NCBI GenBank assembly: GCA_013239625.1
Contig: MU056277.1
Location: 1,466,076-1,530,075 of the forward strand
DNA length: 64,000 bases
Direction: 5' to 3'
Source of the DNA: Lama guanicoe
Taxonomy: Eukaryota
Under the pieces are notes generated by a model. That model worked only from the letters and a program-made list of their open reading frames with translations, had not been told where the DNA came from and made no database searches. Positions within the stretch are counted from its first letter, which is position 1; every line of letters begins with the position of its first letter. Both the position numbers and the translations under genes were made by a program. Positions 1 to 14,228 of this stretch are shown piece after piece.

Positions 1-2689
1 GGCCTTCCGAGCTCCCCCGTGTTCCCTGAGCCGGCGAGCGGGCGTCACGGCCGTGAGAGCCCGCCTGCTGCTGTCCGAGCTCCCCGGACCGGCAGCGCGC
101 TCGTTCCGTGGCATCGGGCTGTCTCGTCCAGGTCAGTGTTTTCAAGGTGCTGGTCGGGCGCGGCTCTGGTTTCCTAGGTCTCCTCGCCCTGGTTCAGCTG
201 TTCGGCATTATTTGGCGAGGAACAGAGACACCACAGCACGCCAGCCCGCATTTTATTCAAAACAACAAGCAAGCAGAACTTTGCTTCGGGGTTTAGCAAA
301 TCTGAGGAGACCTCCACCCACAAAGTCACAGGGCCCCTCCTCGTGCGTTTTGGAGAAGAAGGGGAAGAGTGATTCAAATATGTACTAGCTCAAAGTGAAG
401 CCCAACCATGACATGCTGGGAGGAAGGTGGGTCACCCAGTAGGAAAAAGGTGAGAGACTGCCTGCTTTCACTTGCAGCCTTAATTGAAAAATGAGGGCGC
501 TCTCTGCCTATGCTGCTGTCAGGAAGCAGGGCGTGCGTCCGGGGGAAGGCGTGCAGATGGACGGGAAGAGAAATGTGCAACGAAGGAGTTAGTACAGAGA
601 AACTGTGAAAAAACACGACAGAATTTCCGGATGCCGTTTGTTCTCAGAAAAGTCTTAATAGCGACGCATCAGGTAGACCCTCCTGGGGACTGAGCGAGGA
701 CGTGCAAATCATGTCTATTTAGGGTTCACCCAGCTGGCCCCCTTCTCTCCCCCTCCAACCTCCCTCAGACAGTGGGTGACCCTCTGCTCCTCCCCTTCTC
801 TCCCTGAGCGCAGGTGTGCTGCAGGGCGAGCCGGCTTTTTTGTTTTTCCTGGAAAGGGGGAAGTATAGGCCGTGGAATGATGGCGAATTCCCCTCTTCTT
901 CCTCTGGTCCCCGACTCTGCTGCAGTGAATACTGGGGACCCATGGTGGCCCTGATTCCCTCTGCCCCCGCCTTCCTCCTCTGAGCGCCTGGTCTCTCTCG
1001 TGCCAGCAGTGGGCTCCGCACCTTGCGCACAGTGGGTGCGTGGTAGATGCGTGTGGAAGGAAGGGTTCAGTGAGTTAATAAACGCTTGTTGAGGGGACCT
1101 GTGGCCATGGGCCAGAGCTCAGGTGTCGCGGCGAAGCTTCGGGGAAGGGAGTCTGGCTGAGGGCATCCCCTGCCGGCCCGGCAGCAGCCTGCGGCCCGGC
1201 TCTCACACCAGGTTCAGACTCCTGGTAAAAGCAGGTTTCCTCAATACTGTTTATTCTTATCATTTTGTTTTTCTTGTTTAAAATCTGTTTTATGCTCCTA
1301 AATCTTAATCCATTGATCCTAATGTTTTTTCACTTTGCACCCGGTGGGTTGCAGACTCTCACAGTCTCCCCTCTCCTCCATCTTTTGAGCTTTTTATCCC
1401 AATGGTTTGGGGATTCAGCTTTTATTTAAATCTCATCCACCATCTCTTATTTTCAGTATGACTTTCTTTCGGAGGCGCACACCCCAACTGGGGCTGCTGG
1501 CAAGGGCTCTGCAATCAGAAATTCAGACGCAAAGCTTCTCCACACGACATTCATGAAGACGTTTCCTTACATCTTCTGCTTGATGAGGGAAAAATCCTGC
1601 CCCACGAAGGCTTCTGAGTAACTGTTGCTGTGCATGACGTGAGGCAGGGAGCCTGCTTCTTGGCATCTTGGGGTCACCAGCGGTCCGTCCTTCCTCCCTC
1701 GTCCCCACGGCCGGCAGGGTTGGAAGCTGCGCTGCCTGGCGGCGGCGGGGTCCAGTGTCCGCCTGCTGGGCACCCCGCGTCCTGATTACCGCGCCTGCAC
1801 AGCAGGTCTCCATGTCTGCTCTGGGTCATCCTAATTAAGCTGTTCCTATGACAGTTGTAGAAATACGGGTTTTGACCGCTTCTAACGCAGAAGTAACCCT
1901 GCAGTCGTTCCACTGGACCTGGGTTAAATGTGCTAACGATTTGTTAGTCCTTCTGCGTTTGTGTATCTGCGTGGGTTTGTTCGTGTGTAGGTTGGCCTGG
2001 CACTTTGTTGTGGTTTTGGTAATGAGCCCTGTAACGTGAGCTGAAGGAATGCTCACTCTTCACACAGCCCCGGACGGGTGAGCGATGCAGTGGTGCAGCA
2101 GGTGGTGGAACTCACCTGTGGAACCATCTGTATTTTCTTCGTGGGTAGATCTTGAAATATTGATTCGAGGCATTTCATGGTCACAGGCTCATTCAGTCCG
2201 ATTGGGGTCAGTGCGGATAACTTATTTTTAGGGAGGAATTTGTTATTTCCACATTTTCTCCAAGTTATTTGACCTAGATGTGTTCTAGTACTCTTTGATA
2301 TTTGGACTTTCATTGTGTATACGTAGTTATTTTTTCTCTTATGCTATGCATATTTGATTTTCACTTTGTATTCTTCAGAGACTTGTTAATTTGATTAACC
2401 TTTTTCAAAAAAACAGATTCTGGCCTGGTTCACCCTTTCTCCCGTACTTCCACCGTTAACTGTGTTGCACTTCGTTCCTTGTTGTTTCTTCGTTTCGGTG
2501 GGTTTATTCTGCTATTCTTGCAGTTAATTAATCTCCAGCCTTTTTTTCTTTTCTAACATAACTTCAGGTGATAAATTTGCCCTGTATCATGACTCCGGCC
2601 ACATCTCAAAATTATTGATACCTAGTATTTTTATTAAGTATTTTCTAACGTCCATTATGATTATCATTTTGATCCGTAAGGTTTTCCTT

Positions 2690-2785
2690 CTCCCACTGGT
2701 ATTAAGATGTGACTGACATACAGCACTATGTAAAGCTCAAGGTGTAGAGCTTGATGATTTGACATCATGTAGTGATCATGCAGTT
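2690..2785 (-). mobile_element. Short L1 3'-UTR fragment inserted in the older L1
   Basis: 'tattaagatgtgactgacatacagcactatgtaaagctcaaggtgtagagcttgatgatttgacat' resembles the antisense L1MA-type 3' terminus. Confidence 0.55.
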
Positions 2786-2924
2786 TCTGAAAGCATTTTT
2801 TTTTACTTCACAGATAGATGAATTTGTTTTTAAATCATTTTGTCACTGATTTTGAACTTACCACATTTATTGGATCTAAAATGCAGTACAAGAAGTATTC
2901 AGATTTCAGAAATGTTAACTTGTG

Positions 2925-3058
2925 GGAAAGTGGCAGCAGCGCTCGTAAGTCCCTGATTGTAAGACTCCTCTCCATGTAGGGACACGAGGAACAGAGAGAA
3001 ACCTGTGTCTCAGAAGCCGTAAAAGTCTGTTGCAATAAGAAACCACATTAGGGCGCAA
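2925..3058 (-). mobile_element. Possible LTR fragment interrupting the L1
   Basis: Non-L1 composition block ('tgtaagactcctctccatgtagggacacgaggaacagagag') between L1 segments. Family not recognised with certainty. Confidence 0.3.
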
Positions 3059-5469
3059 TTTATTTTATTTCCTGGTATGTGGTCAGTATTTGCAAATGTT
3101 TCTCATGTGTTTAAAAAACATTTAGCTCTCTGCTTCTGTATCTTCCTGTTATGTCCGCCTCTTTCGTAGTGTTACTCAGGTATTCCGTACGCTTGCTGAA
3201 TTTTGTCTACTTGATGTATTGCTTTTTCACGTGAGGTGTTTTAAAAATCTACTTCTGTGATGCTAGGTTTTCCCGTTTTTCCTGGTAGTTCTATTTTTGT
3301 TTTATGTATTTTGAAACTGTTATTAGGAGCAAAAATGCTTAGGACTATTATGCTTTCCTGTCATACTGAGGCTTCATGCTCTTTATCGATATATAGTAAC
3401 CTTTTTTTAATGTCTCTGGTAATGCTTTTTGCTCTAAGTCTTTTTGTTTTCAACTTATACCACCAATACATCAGGACCAGCTTTCTTTGGTTATTTGTTT
3501 GGAACATTATTTTTCCTTAAAAAATTTTTTTTACCTGTCTATGCTCTTATATTTTAGGTATATTGCTTACAAACAATGAACGTATAGCTGGGATTTAAAA
3601 AACTTGGCATGATGATCTTAATCTTTTAATTAGGAAATTTTATTCATTAATATTTATTGCAATTAGTGATATATTTGAATTCTTTTCTACTATTTTACTT
3701 TATGCTTTCTATTTGTCTTGCCTTTCTTAGGTTTCTTTTTTCTTTTTGTTCTTAACTCCTTTTAAATTAATTGAATCTTCTTCTTCCTCACTTTATTTTC
3801 CAACTCAATTTGGAAGTAATATATTCTATTTCTATGATATTGTTGATTGCCCTAAAATATCGATACTCCATAAGCCATTTGGCTTGACAGAGTCTACAAC
3901 TAATATTTACCCTCTTTACAAATGACACAAGAAACATAGAGAGCTTTGATCATAAATTATATGTTGTAACTGTTCTGTTTCTGAGTTCTGGCTGGTTATT
4001 TTTAACCACACAAATTATATGTTATTATTTTCCACGGCTAATGTTTGTTTAGACTTGTCCATATATTTACTATTTTCTTTGATAAACATTCCTTGTATCT
4101 CAGATCTGTTGTTTTTTATGAGATCCCTTCTCTCTTCCTAGAGTTCTCCCTGTAAAAATGCGTCTAATAATAGTCAATCAGGAAATTTTTAAAGTGTCTT
4201 TGTTCAATCATCATTTTAGAAAAATGCGTTTAACTGATTTTATAATTTCAAGTCACATCTGTTTCCCCAGTGTTTTAGATGCGATGTCCTGCTCCTGGTT
4301 TGCCTGTCACTGTTGAGAGACTGGCTGTGTTTCTGAATCTTGTTTCGTTTTACGGAACCTATTTTTCCCTCCCATTAAGAAGAGTCTCTTTGTGTCATCT
4401 GTTTTCATCAGTGTTACTGGGATGTGTTTAAGTGTGAATTATCTTTAATTACCCTTTTTGGGGTTTATGAAAATTCTAAATATGAAGTCATATCTTTGAA
4501 AAATATTGGGAAAACTTCACCCATTAATTTTTCAAATAATGTCTTTCTTCCATTCTATTTTCCTTCTAGAATTCTGACCAGAAACATATTTTATTTTCTC
4601 ACGTTATGCTGCACCTCTTAAATATTACTCTGTATTTCCCTTCTATTTCCTTTCTCTCTCTGCTCTGTTCTGGGTAAGCTTTTGACAGTGAGGTCTAACT
4701 TCCAGTCGTAGGATTCTCTCTTTAGCTGCATCTAGTCTGCTGTGTAAACTTCCTATTAGGGTTTCTAGTTCTAATTATTAGATTTTTCATTCTTTTAAGC
4801 TCAGATTCTCTGGCCGTCATTCTGCATATGGTCCGGGAGATTCTAGCTCTTATTAGTGCATTTCCCTTGTTGTTAAATTCACTGTCCCCTGTGAGAACAT
4901 GTTAAGAAAAATAAAATGACTGTTTGATACCATTAACCTTTCCTTGAGCCTTGACCCTGTGGGCAGAAGTTGACCCGGGCACATGTCACACCAGTTCAGC
5001 AGAAATCCATAGACATTGATGTTTAAACCGAAATTGTGCACTGATGCTCCTTGGAGCCGTGGCCAGTTTGTCGGAGGAGGCAGGAATCTCAGTGGGGAAG
5101 GACGAAGCTGTGTTGTAGATCCCTTCTCATTAGATTCCTGGCACTGACTGAATGGCTTTTAGGTGAGGCAGGGGACCACCTCCGTACGCAGAACACAAAT
5201 GTCCCCCTGTGCACTCTTCTACGGCAGTGTTCTGTGGCGGATCCTGACCTCCAGCTGAGGTGACACTGTTTATAATCTTCATACCGCTTGTTCCGAGTGT
5301 TCTGCACTCTCCTGCAGAATACGAATGTTTGATTAGTCTGCTGCCTGAGATCCCCCAGCATGTTAAATAATGTGTGGCATTTGGTAGAATTCCCTTTCTA
5401 AAATGCAGAAAGTTAACGATTCTGAAAAACAACCAGCCATGGGGATTTTAGACAAGAGAGCGCAGCCCC

Positions 5470-5565
5470 ATTATACTTGCGTCACTGGGTTCTGGTGAGA
5501 GTTAAAGAACACAAAGTATAGCTTTTTACATGCCGCTGGGTTTGGCGTAAACCCTCAGTAAACCG
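5470..5565 (+). mobile_element. MIR SINE 3' fragment
   Basis: 'gggttctggtgagagttaaag...cctcagtaaac' resembles MIR 'gggttgttgtgaggattaaatg...gctcaataaat'. Confidence 0.5.
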
Positions 5566-6349
5566 GGACCACTGCGCCGGTGGTCGTGCGCACGGGGCAG
5601 GAAGCGCCGCACCGGGCCCCTCCGTGCGTTCGCGGTGTCGGCCCCTCACACAGGTTGGCATGCGAGCTGCCTGAGCATTTAGAAACTCCGGCGGCGCAGG
5701 TGTACGGCGGGGCGGCGAGACTGAGAACTTAACGTCTGAACGACTAACCGGGGAGGGGGAGTAACGGAAGGCAGAACAGTGTACTTAAGAAGTCAGATTA
5801 ATACAGACGCTGAGGTCCTTCCCAGGTCCTTAGGGGGGCCAGCAAGATGGGGCCTGGCGTCTCAGCTTCAGCGGCTTCGTGATGGACACAGCCCTCTGGT
5901 GTGAAGGCTGCCGTGAGCACCTGTGCAGACGGTCCGTTCTGCGCATCCTCTCAGCCGTGCAGGGGCTTGGCTCGCTGCTGCTTGCTGCTGCATCTGTGCT
6001 CTTGGTCCCCAGGGCATCGCAGTGGAATTCAGCGGAGGAGATCTATGCAGCTCTGAGCCCGCAGCCTTCTTCACTTCCACTCAGTCTGGAAGAGACGGGG
6101 CTCTCTTCCAGGCAAGATGGAACGGCTTGTGGCTGAGCCCTCCAGGCAAGAGGTCAGCTCTGACACATGCTGCCCTCTGAGCCCAGCTGTGGGCCCACTT
6201 ACCCTTGATAATTAGGAAGACTCTTGATAATGAAGAGAGATGCCCCACGAGTGAGAGAAGGGAGGCTCCGCTGATCCAGGAGCTGGTGTAGGCCTGGGAG
6301 GTGGAGGACCCAGGCTCGAGCCGCAGGGGGTCCAGTGTAAGCCTGAGTC

Positions 6350-6660
6350 CACAGGAGGGTGGGAGGGTCTCGCTGACCTGTTCATGGCAGATCCCCGCCC
6401 CTGCCCCGCCTGTCTCTCAGTGGCAAATTCGTATGACTGAGCTCTGATGGGGGCAGGAAGCTGAGCAGGACGGTGATGGGCAGGGTTGAAGCCAGAGGGG
6501 CGGAGATTGGAGACAAAAAGGAGGTGAGTCCTTGCTCCGTCCCCCAAAGAAGATGAGTTCTGCCCCGAGCGTGTGGAGAGTAGGTCCCAGCCTGCTCCTC
6601 GGGAGAAAGCGCTCCAGGTGGAAGGGGGTCTTGGGGGCACCCCCGTGGTGCCCGACAAGG
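6350..6660 (-). mobile_element. L2 fragment, highly diverged
   Basis: Purine-rich segments 'gagattggagacaaaaaggagg' and 'gaagatgagttctgcc' resemble antisense L2. Confidence 0.35.
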
Positions 6661-7859
6661 CTGACAACTCGGTCCTCAAGCCTTCCCTGGTCACTTCCAA
6701 ACCCTGCCTGTGGCCGGTGCCATGGTGAGCTGGCACTGGTGGGCCCGCACAGAGATTCCAGGAGCAGGGCCCAGGCGGCGTGGACCCAAGTGGGATGAAC
6801 AGAAAATCAATGTGCAGGTACTTGTTTGGGGATAACAGCCTCCACCACCACGTGTGACAGTGAAATGTCAAAACCCTTTCAAAAGTGTCTGATACACTTT
6901 GTACCCTTTTTGAAGCCAGAGGAAACATTCCTTTGTGAAGTAGGCATGTGAAATCATAGAAACATAAAATGCAGTCTGTTACTGAGCAACAAAACAAGAA
7001 TATTAAAAATACCTCCCTCGGTGGGAAGAGTATGATCTCTAAGAACTGAAACCCAGTGGGTGGCACCTCGTGTCCCTTGAACAAACGGCAGAGGAACTGA
7101 AATCACGTTTACACAAAATGTTTACACAGAAGTAAGAACGTTTTTGAGTGTGATGTAAAACCGCGAGAGGGATTACTTTCAGCTCATTAAACCAGCAAAC
7201 ACGGGGAATAAATACATAATCCAAGTCCGAGGGGCTGGATCAGACCCTCCCACAGAACCACAGCTGGCGGCAGAGAAGGTGAACGACACACACCCCGCTG
7301 GGAGCCGCAGACAGAGCTCAGGAGCCCCACTCTGGGCACAGGGTGAAAGGACACCACGCTGCAGGGACCCACGCGGGACGAGAGCTGTGCGCCCTCCGCC
7401 CGCGGTGCTCCTGGCTGAGAGACATTGGAGGAAGTCAGGCCAGCTCGGGCAGTGGCTCCAGACAGGCCTGTGCTGCCCTCACCCGACTCCACGGTGCTCT
7501 CGCTCCCTCGTTCGCTTCCTCCACTGTGGCCCGAACCACGCTGTTCACACTCAGCGTGGTGCCCTCACTTTCTGGGCTGACACCCTTTGACCGCCTGCTA
7601 AAGGCCACTTTGCTAAGCAGGATCACACACGGCTTTCTGGAGCAGGAGAGAACCTGGGAGACGTGGATGTTCTGTAGATGGAGATACTAGACAGGTGGAG
7701 CCCCGGGGGCCCACCCACCGCCAAGCCCCGAAATCAAGCAGAGAGGCGAAAGGGCTGCCGATCTGATTCTCTGTGTTCCGATTCTTGACATAAGTAATGA
7801 CGTAACAGGCTGGGTCCTGGACCCAAAACGCCCCATGTGGAGATGCTTTCTCATAGTTT

Positions 7860-9790
7860 GGTTTTTAAAAGAATTATATTGAACATAATCACTCTAATTG
7901 AAAGAATAAGTGCATGCTGATTATAGAAAAAGTAAATATTTTAAAGATCAGTAGAGACCATAACGTATGGGGAATTTTATATCCTGCATTTTCACTTAGA
8001 ATTACACCATGAGAATTTTTCCGTATCATTAAATGCTTTTCTAAAATGATTTCTGAACATTATCCAGTGGTCTCTTATAAAATCATAGTTACTTTAAGTT
8101 GACTTATTTTAAAGTGTTTTTTTCTTGATGAACATCTAGGTCTTTATTCTCCAAGTTTGATATAGAAATTACAATTTAAGTCCTTGGTCAAAAATCTTAG
8201 TGTTTATTTCTGATTATTTCCTTAGGGGACAAAATCATGAAACACGGTTGCTGGTTCGATAAGAGGAAAACATTTACAAGGCCCCTGAGACGCTGAGAAA
8301 CCTGCACTCCAGGAAGTTCACACGAATGGACACACCCATCAGTAAGGTATGGGAATGATTCCTGATTCTGTTACGCTCGACAATCTGAGTATTGTTATTT
8401 TTGACAAATCCTTGCCATTTTGACCATGAAGAACAGTATCTAGTTTGAAGCTGTGTTCTTTCGGTCATTAGTGAAGTTGAAGAGTTTTCATTCGCGACTC
8501 GCTGTGTATTGGTCTGCTTTCTGAATTGGTTATTTGTGTCCATAATCTGTTCTTCTATGGAGGTGTTTTTTCTGATTTGCAAGTGCTTTTTATATATTGA
8601 GGTATTGAATAGCCTTCTGGGTACTGTACATGTTCGTAATATTTCCCCCAATTTGTCGTTTGCCCTTGTATATTTTTTAACAGTAAAAGGGTCTGAAAAT
8701 TTTAGGTTGTCAAATCCATCAGAATTTTCCTTAGAATGTCCATTTTAATGCTCTGTTGACAAAATCTGTCTTCACATCATATAGCTACGCATATAAAATT
8801 TTCTTTCTCTGGTTCTCTTCTGACTTTGTTGTTGCAGTAATCCTGTAGTTTATTTAGATGCGTGATGTAAGTGTTAACATTTATCTATCTATCACTAATA
8901 GATAAAACGGTTATGTCAGATGAAGTTATTTAATATTTCTGTCTTTCTCCCCTGATGTAAAACGCGTTTGTACGTTACGCTAAAGACTAAAGCACAGTCT
9001 GGCTCTTCTGCTGTTTTGTCTGTGCTGTTGGCCCGCTGAGCTCATCGCTGGAGCTGTGCGGTCCTTGAGCTGGTGTGGGCGTACGTGCTGTGTTCTACGA
9101 GCAGCGCTGGTTCACCTCCGTGTTATTTTTTCCTTTAAGGATCTTTCTGTTTTCCTTACTCACTTATGCTTTCTTATGTAGTTGAATATAACTTGGTTAA
9201 AATTTGCAAAACTATGCTGTTAGACTTTTTATTGGAATTTCTTCCAGGTGTGAACTGACATTTTTATGACACATGTTATGGCTTTCTTATCTAGGAATAG
9301 TACAGGCTTTTATGATATTATTTATATCTGTTCCTTCAGTAAATCTTGGTTGATAGAGATATGTTTTTCATTAGCGTTATTTTAATATCTTTTATGTTGC
9401 ATGATTATTCTGAAGTTTTTCATTATTGTCAATAATAGGAATTATGTTATTTTTTGTATGTGTTTTTCTACTGCCTGTCTAAATAGATACTGAAGTTTAC
9501 ATTATTTTGCAATTTTTGAATTATTTTTTGAGAGAGAGCTGAGAAGGAAGTGATGGTAATTTCGTCTCTTTCTAATTCCTCCAATTTCTAGACATGATGA
9601 ACAGTGGGAGTGAAAGGGTGTCCTAGCACCGGCCTGTGCAGAGCATCCTCGCTGAAACAATACAGGCTATTGAGTCTCCATTTTGGATTCACGTCCCTTG
9701 TGAAGTTTTAAAATAATACATGTGTTTGGTTCCCATTGACCATCATTTGATCTCATAAGCAAGCATTTCTTATTCTCGGCCTTTCCTTTG
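7860..9790 (-). mobile_element. L1ME-like element, 3' end plus ORF2 C-terminal region
   Basis: The translation of 8274-8651(-), 'SIYKKHLQIRKN..IEEQIMDTNNQF..NSSTSLM', matches L1 ORF2 'IYKELLQI..KWAKDMNRQF..KRCSTSLV'. T-rich antisense context. Degenerate repeat sequence may continue to ~10750. Confidence 0.8.
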
Positions 9791-12700
9791 ACGTTTCTCT
9801 ATCTCCAAATAAATTATGTATTTTTACCTTTACTGATTAGAAAACAGTCAATTTAGCTTTTTGCATTTCTTCGGTGGCTGCCATTCATGTTCTTAGATCT
9901 GGGTTCAATATGTTATCCTCTGATTATCAGGGTCAGAAAGTAACTCTCAGCTGTGAAAGGGGAGGAAATTCTCTCTCCTTCCTTCCCTTGAAATAATTTC
10001 TAAACATTTAAACATATAATCTGGGGTTTTTTAAAGCCAGATGGTAGTGATAATGAAGGTGATAATTTATACTACTTTGTTTTCCAAAAATATTTTGTTT
10101 TTACTTTTAATTTCAGAATCGTATTTACAATTGTATAGATTTAATTCTACAGTTATATAAGGAGGTCCCCACACTGAGTTCTGGGCTCATGTCGCTGGGG
10201 GATTTCCTGTGTCTCATACACTTTGTTCAAAGAGGTTGAGAAGATGGTTTTCTTTTTGAATTCTTCGTTTCTGAGAACATGGTCTTGCTGCTCTTTGGAT
10301 TTGAAATCAGCTTGCGTGGGGTTGGCGTTCCCAGGTCACCACTGTGCGCCTCGGAAGGCGGGGTCCCCGGCCCCCCTGCCACAGGGGCAGAGCGTGAGGG
10401 CCACTTCTGCTTGCTTATTCATCTGGAGTTTACCCTGAACACCTGGAAGTCTATAGAATTATTTTATCTGTGTTTGAAGTTTAATCCATAAGTGCATGTT
10501 CAGCAGTGTGTAACTTTCCTTTTTTTCCTTTTTCCCAAAAGCTAGTTCTTTGAAGGTATTCTCTCCATTTTTTTACTCTTCAGGTACATAATGTTTTTCT
10601 TGTTTAAAATCTGCCGGGTCTTGTAACTTGCGCTGAGGGTATCTTGAGCTGGAAGCTCTGTGTTGTCAATGGCGCTTGTTCTTGCTTTAATGAAGACTTC
10701 ATCCTGCTGTTCTTCCTGCTTTCTCTGTGACCTTCCTTCCTCCCTCCCCTGTGCGTTCCTGCCTGACTCCTGCCTGGGTCCATTGCTTGGGGCTGTTTCC
10801 CATCTCCTGGTGCCCACAGAATGTGTGTGTCATGGGTCGTGACTGGGAACGCAAAGCCGTGGAGGCTGCCCGTTCACCTGCCTTTGCTCCGCCGTGGACG
10901 GGTCTCCCCTTCCTGGGGCGGGACTGTGTCCTAGACTCAACACTACACCCTTTTCTAATTGCTCGTCTTGGTCTAGAAGGGAGACCAGGGACTGGCTGTC
11001 CTCGCCGCCCCTCCCTGGCCCCTGGGCCTGTCACAAAACTGTCCCGTCTTCCAGGGCCGGGCGGACAGCTAGCTGGGGCAGCCTGTTTTGGGCTGAGGAA
11101 GGCTGACCTGTTCCTCCTCTAAATACAGAGAGAAGCACGTGTTTGTGGATACTCTTAAGAGTAGTCCATTTTTCTTCCCTTTCCTAAAACTGCAAAATTC
11201 ATCCCCTGAAATCCACGGCTCTTCCCCTCCCCTGTTCTACTACAGTTTTTTTCATTCCAAACCGTATTGCATTTTTGGTCACGACAGCCCCAAAACGGGT
11301 GCAGAGACTGCACTAGACCCCGCTCCCAGATCCTGCCCTGTCAGCAGTGCGGGAGAAGGCAGCCTGTGTGTCGTTCTGACTCAGTAAAATGCTATTTTGG
11401 CTCCTGGCAACATTTATGAGGTTTTGTTTGTCTCCTTGGCAGGCTTGGTACCACCATAATTGTCGTAATTAATTCAAAAGAAGAAGTCCTCTAGCGGGGT
11501 GTTTCGCGGCGTCAGCCGTGCAGGGGGTGTTCTGACTCTTGCTTTGTCCTGGGGCTCTTCATCTGAAAGTTACATTCGTGTTTGTTCGGATGGTTGTCCT
11601 GGTGTTCTTGGGTGGAACGGGACCTTACCTTGGAAGGCGTGAGAAAGGGAGGGGAGCTGGAGAAGTATTCAAAATGGTGACTGGTTTTTCAGGGATAGTC
11701 CTTCCTGCCCTGTCAGCTGAGACCCTCGTGAAGCAGACGGTCTCTGCACCACACGTGGCACAACCCTTTCTTAACGCGAAGGTGAGGGGAGCAGCTCCGT
11801 GTCTAGTCCGGGAGCCACTGCTGCCCCCAGAGGACGTCTCACCTCTTGGTTTAGGAGTCTGCTGGTTGAGAGCCCCGGCTCTGCAGGTTGCAGGAAGGAG
11901 GAGGTGAGCGTGACCTTGAGCCTGGGCCCCGAGTCCATCATTTTCCCTAAATTAGCGCCTCTCTGTGGAGCACGTGGCACAGCGCTGGCACGTGGCAGGT
12001 GCCCCAGAGCTGGTGGCTGTGTGGGCAGTCACGTTTGGGGTTCACCAGGACTCGGCTCACCGCCGTGGGGCACAGGCGGGACTGCCAGGTCTGGCCCACT
12101 TCTAGGCGGAGGCATCACACAGGCTGTGGCTTCTGGACCACAGGCTTCCCTGTCGACCAGGCCCCCCTGAGCTGTGCTCTCCATCTGCGCGGAAGGCAGC
12201 TGAGCTCAGAAGTCCGCGGCTCCACGCTCGGGGGGTTGGGGGGACACAGGGCGGGTGTCGCCGTGCAGTGGACACACTGTGTGAGTGAGACCTGGGCTTC
12301 TGGGTCACCTGGCCAGGCCGTCCCTGCCCGCTCTGGCCGCCGCACGGCGTCATCAGTGTTTCTGCCAAGCCAGTGGCGGTAAAGAGGGGGCCCCGTCTGC
12401 CTCCTCGGAGGTGGATCGCTGGTTCCTCGCCCACGAGCAGGTAAGTGGCACCACAGGAACCACGAGCTAAAAACAGAGTTACCTGTGTCTGTACTGGGGG
12501 GTCTGGTTCGAGCTGAAGGGTTCCAGTGTGAGCTAGCTCTAGAGGAAACAAGACTCCTGGCGGGATTTCGTCGGGGGGGGGGCCCCCAGCTGTGTCTGTG
12601 GTCTGGCACCAGGACACGAGCTTACAGGATTAGGGCCCTGGGCTCATCAGTGAGTGGGCACCCAGGGCCGAGGTGGGAGGAACTCCTCCAGGCTGGGGAG

Positions 12701-12954
12701 GTGCTTGGCTTTGGAAAACCTCTCGCCCTCCCTCTGCTGGGGCTCTGGCTGTGCTGTGATGGTGGCCTTGCTGGACGGGGCGTGGTGGCCTCTTTCCCCG
12801 CCCACGGTCAGTTGCCTCTCTCAGCCGGGAGCCCTGCCCGGTAGCAGGTGGGCCCGCCTGCTCTTGGCCACTTCTGTCTGTGTCTGGGGGGCGAGGGGGC
12901 TGGTCCTCAGGGCGCCCTGCCTCCTTGGGTGCTGGCTGACCCCAGCAGGCCGTT

Positions 12955-13290
12955 GTCTGTCTCTGATCCCTTACCACAGCTGCTTTCTGGGGCTCCCGCG
13001 GCAGGAGGCTGTTCTCTCCCAGGCTGGGGCCTGGTGGTCAGCAGGCCGTGCTCCTCCACGCGTTCTAGGGCGCCCCTCCTCTCTCCGTCCAGCGTCTGGT
13101 GTTGCCGACGATCCTTGTGTCCTTGGCCCGATCTCTGCCTGTCTCCACGCAGCCCCTTCTCCCACGAGGACGCCAGTCCTGGTGGATCAGGGTCCACCCG
13201 CCTCCAGAGTGACCTCCTCTTACCTAGTGTCTGCGACGACCCCAGGTCCGAATAACGTCACACTCAGAGGTGCTGGGAAGGGACCCTGAC
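12955..13290 (-). mobile_element. MLT1 (MaLR) solo LTR
   Basis: 'gaggacgccagtcctggtggatcagggtccacccgcctccagagtgacctcctctt...cgacgaccccaggtccgaataacgtcacactcagaggtgctgg' matches the antisense MLT1B/C signature. Confidence 0.8.
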
Positions 13291-14074
13291 CAGCCCAGGA
13301 CACTTGTTACCTGCTCTGTTCAGGCTATTGGTTTAGGCCAGGGAGCAGGAGGGCTCTCCCTGGGGACTGGCGGCCGCCGTGGGGGGCAGACTGCCGTGGG
13401 GGGCGGATGGCAGGTGGGGGTGCATGCGCACGTGCCCTCCCGTCCCCGCCTGTCCCCCCCACGCTTGCCCACAGTGCCCTCCCCGCTGTGCTGGGCTCTC
13501 TTGGGATCGCTTCCTGCTGCCCCCTCGCCGCACCACCTGGACCAGCGAAAGCACTGATGGGAAGCAGCACGTTCTGACGGGCCAGTGTTCTGTGCTGAGG
13601 TGAGTCAGCTCCTTAGGGCAGGGAGTGGCTGGCAAACATCAGTGCCGAGGCCTGCAGCTCCCACAGGCACAGCTGCCCCCAATGTGCAGCAGCAGCAGCC
13701 AAGGCAACTGAGTCGCCCAACAGAGAAACCCCTACGTCAGGATGACACATATATACACATAGACATATTAAAATGTATAATACCCAATAAAATTTGTATA
13801 ACAAGTGATACGTTTTCCAAAATATTTCCCAAAGCACAAGGAGCTAATATGTGCAACCTTTGCTCCACTGTCAGATTTATTAATGTGACACCATCCTATT
13901 AAATGCAAAGGAAGTTTTCCGAGTCTGAAGTGTGTGTGTCTCTGTGTGTGTGTGAGAAATACGTATTTGCTCATTAATTCATTGGCTGTATCTTGCAGGT
14001 AGACAGAAACAGTGGAGGGTAAATTTGTCCAGCCACTGTTATTTCTCTATTTATTAAATCTGAGCTACATGTAG

Positions 14075-14228
14075 GAATCACGTCTGACTCACTCACTTCC
14101 CCCACAATGCCCAGGAAGTAGTTTTTTCAGAGTGCACAGTACATGGAAAAGACTTAATAAACATGTAATAAACGGATAGGTGGATGAGTGGGTGGGTGGG
14201 TTGGTGAATGACGGATGAATGGATGACA
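14075..14228 (+). mobile_element. L2 3' end with (TGGA/TGAA)n tail
   Basis: 'cacagtacatggaaaagacttaataaacatg' followed by a ggat/gaat repeat tail. Confidence 0.55.

Larger units (their letters stand above)
1240..4880 (-). mobile_element. Old LINE-1 (L1M/L1ME-like) ORF2/ORF1 remnant, fragmented
   Basis: T-rich + strand with antisense L1 ORF2 landmarks, e.g. 'ggtggaactcacctgtggaaccatctg' (~2104) and 'gaatttgttatttccacattttctcc' (~2236). ORF1-like antisense sequence at ~4150-4800. No intact reading frame. Confidence 0.8.

Noticed and set aside
6212-7084. 290-aa minus-strand ORF
   Set aside because: Runs across repeat-like sequence with heterogeneous composition and no domain.
6800-7225. A-rich block, possibly an ancient sense L1 fragment
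   Set aside because: Too diverged to assign to a family by eye.
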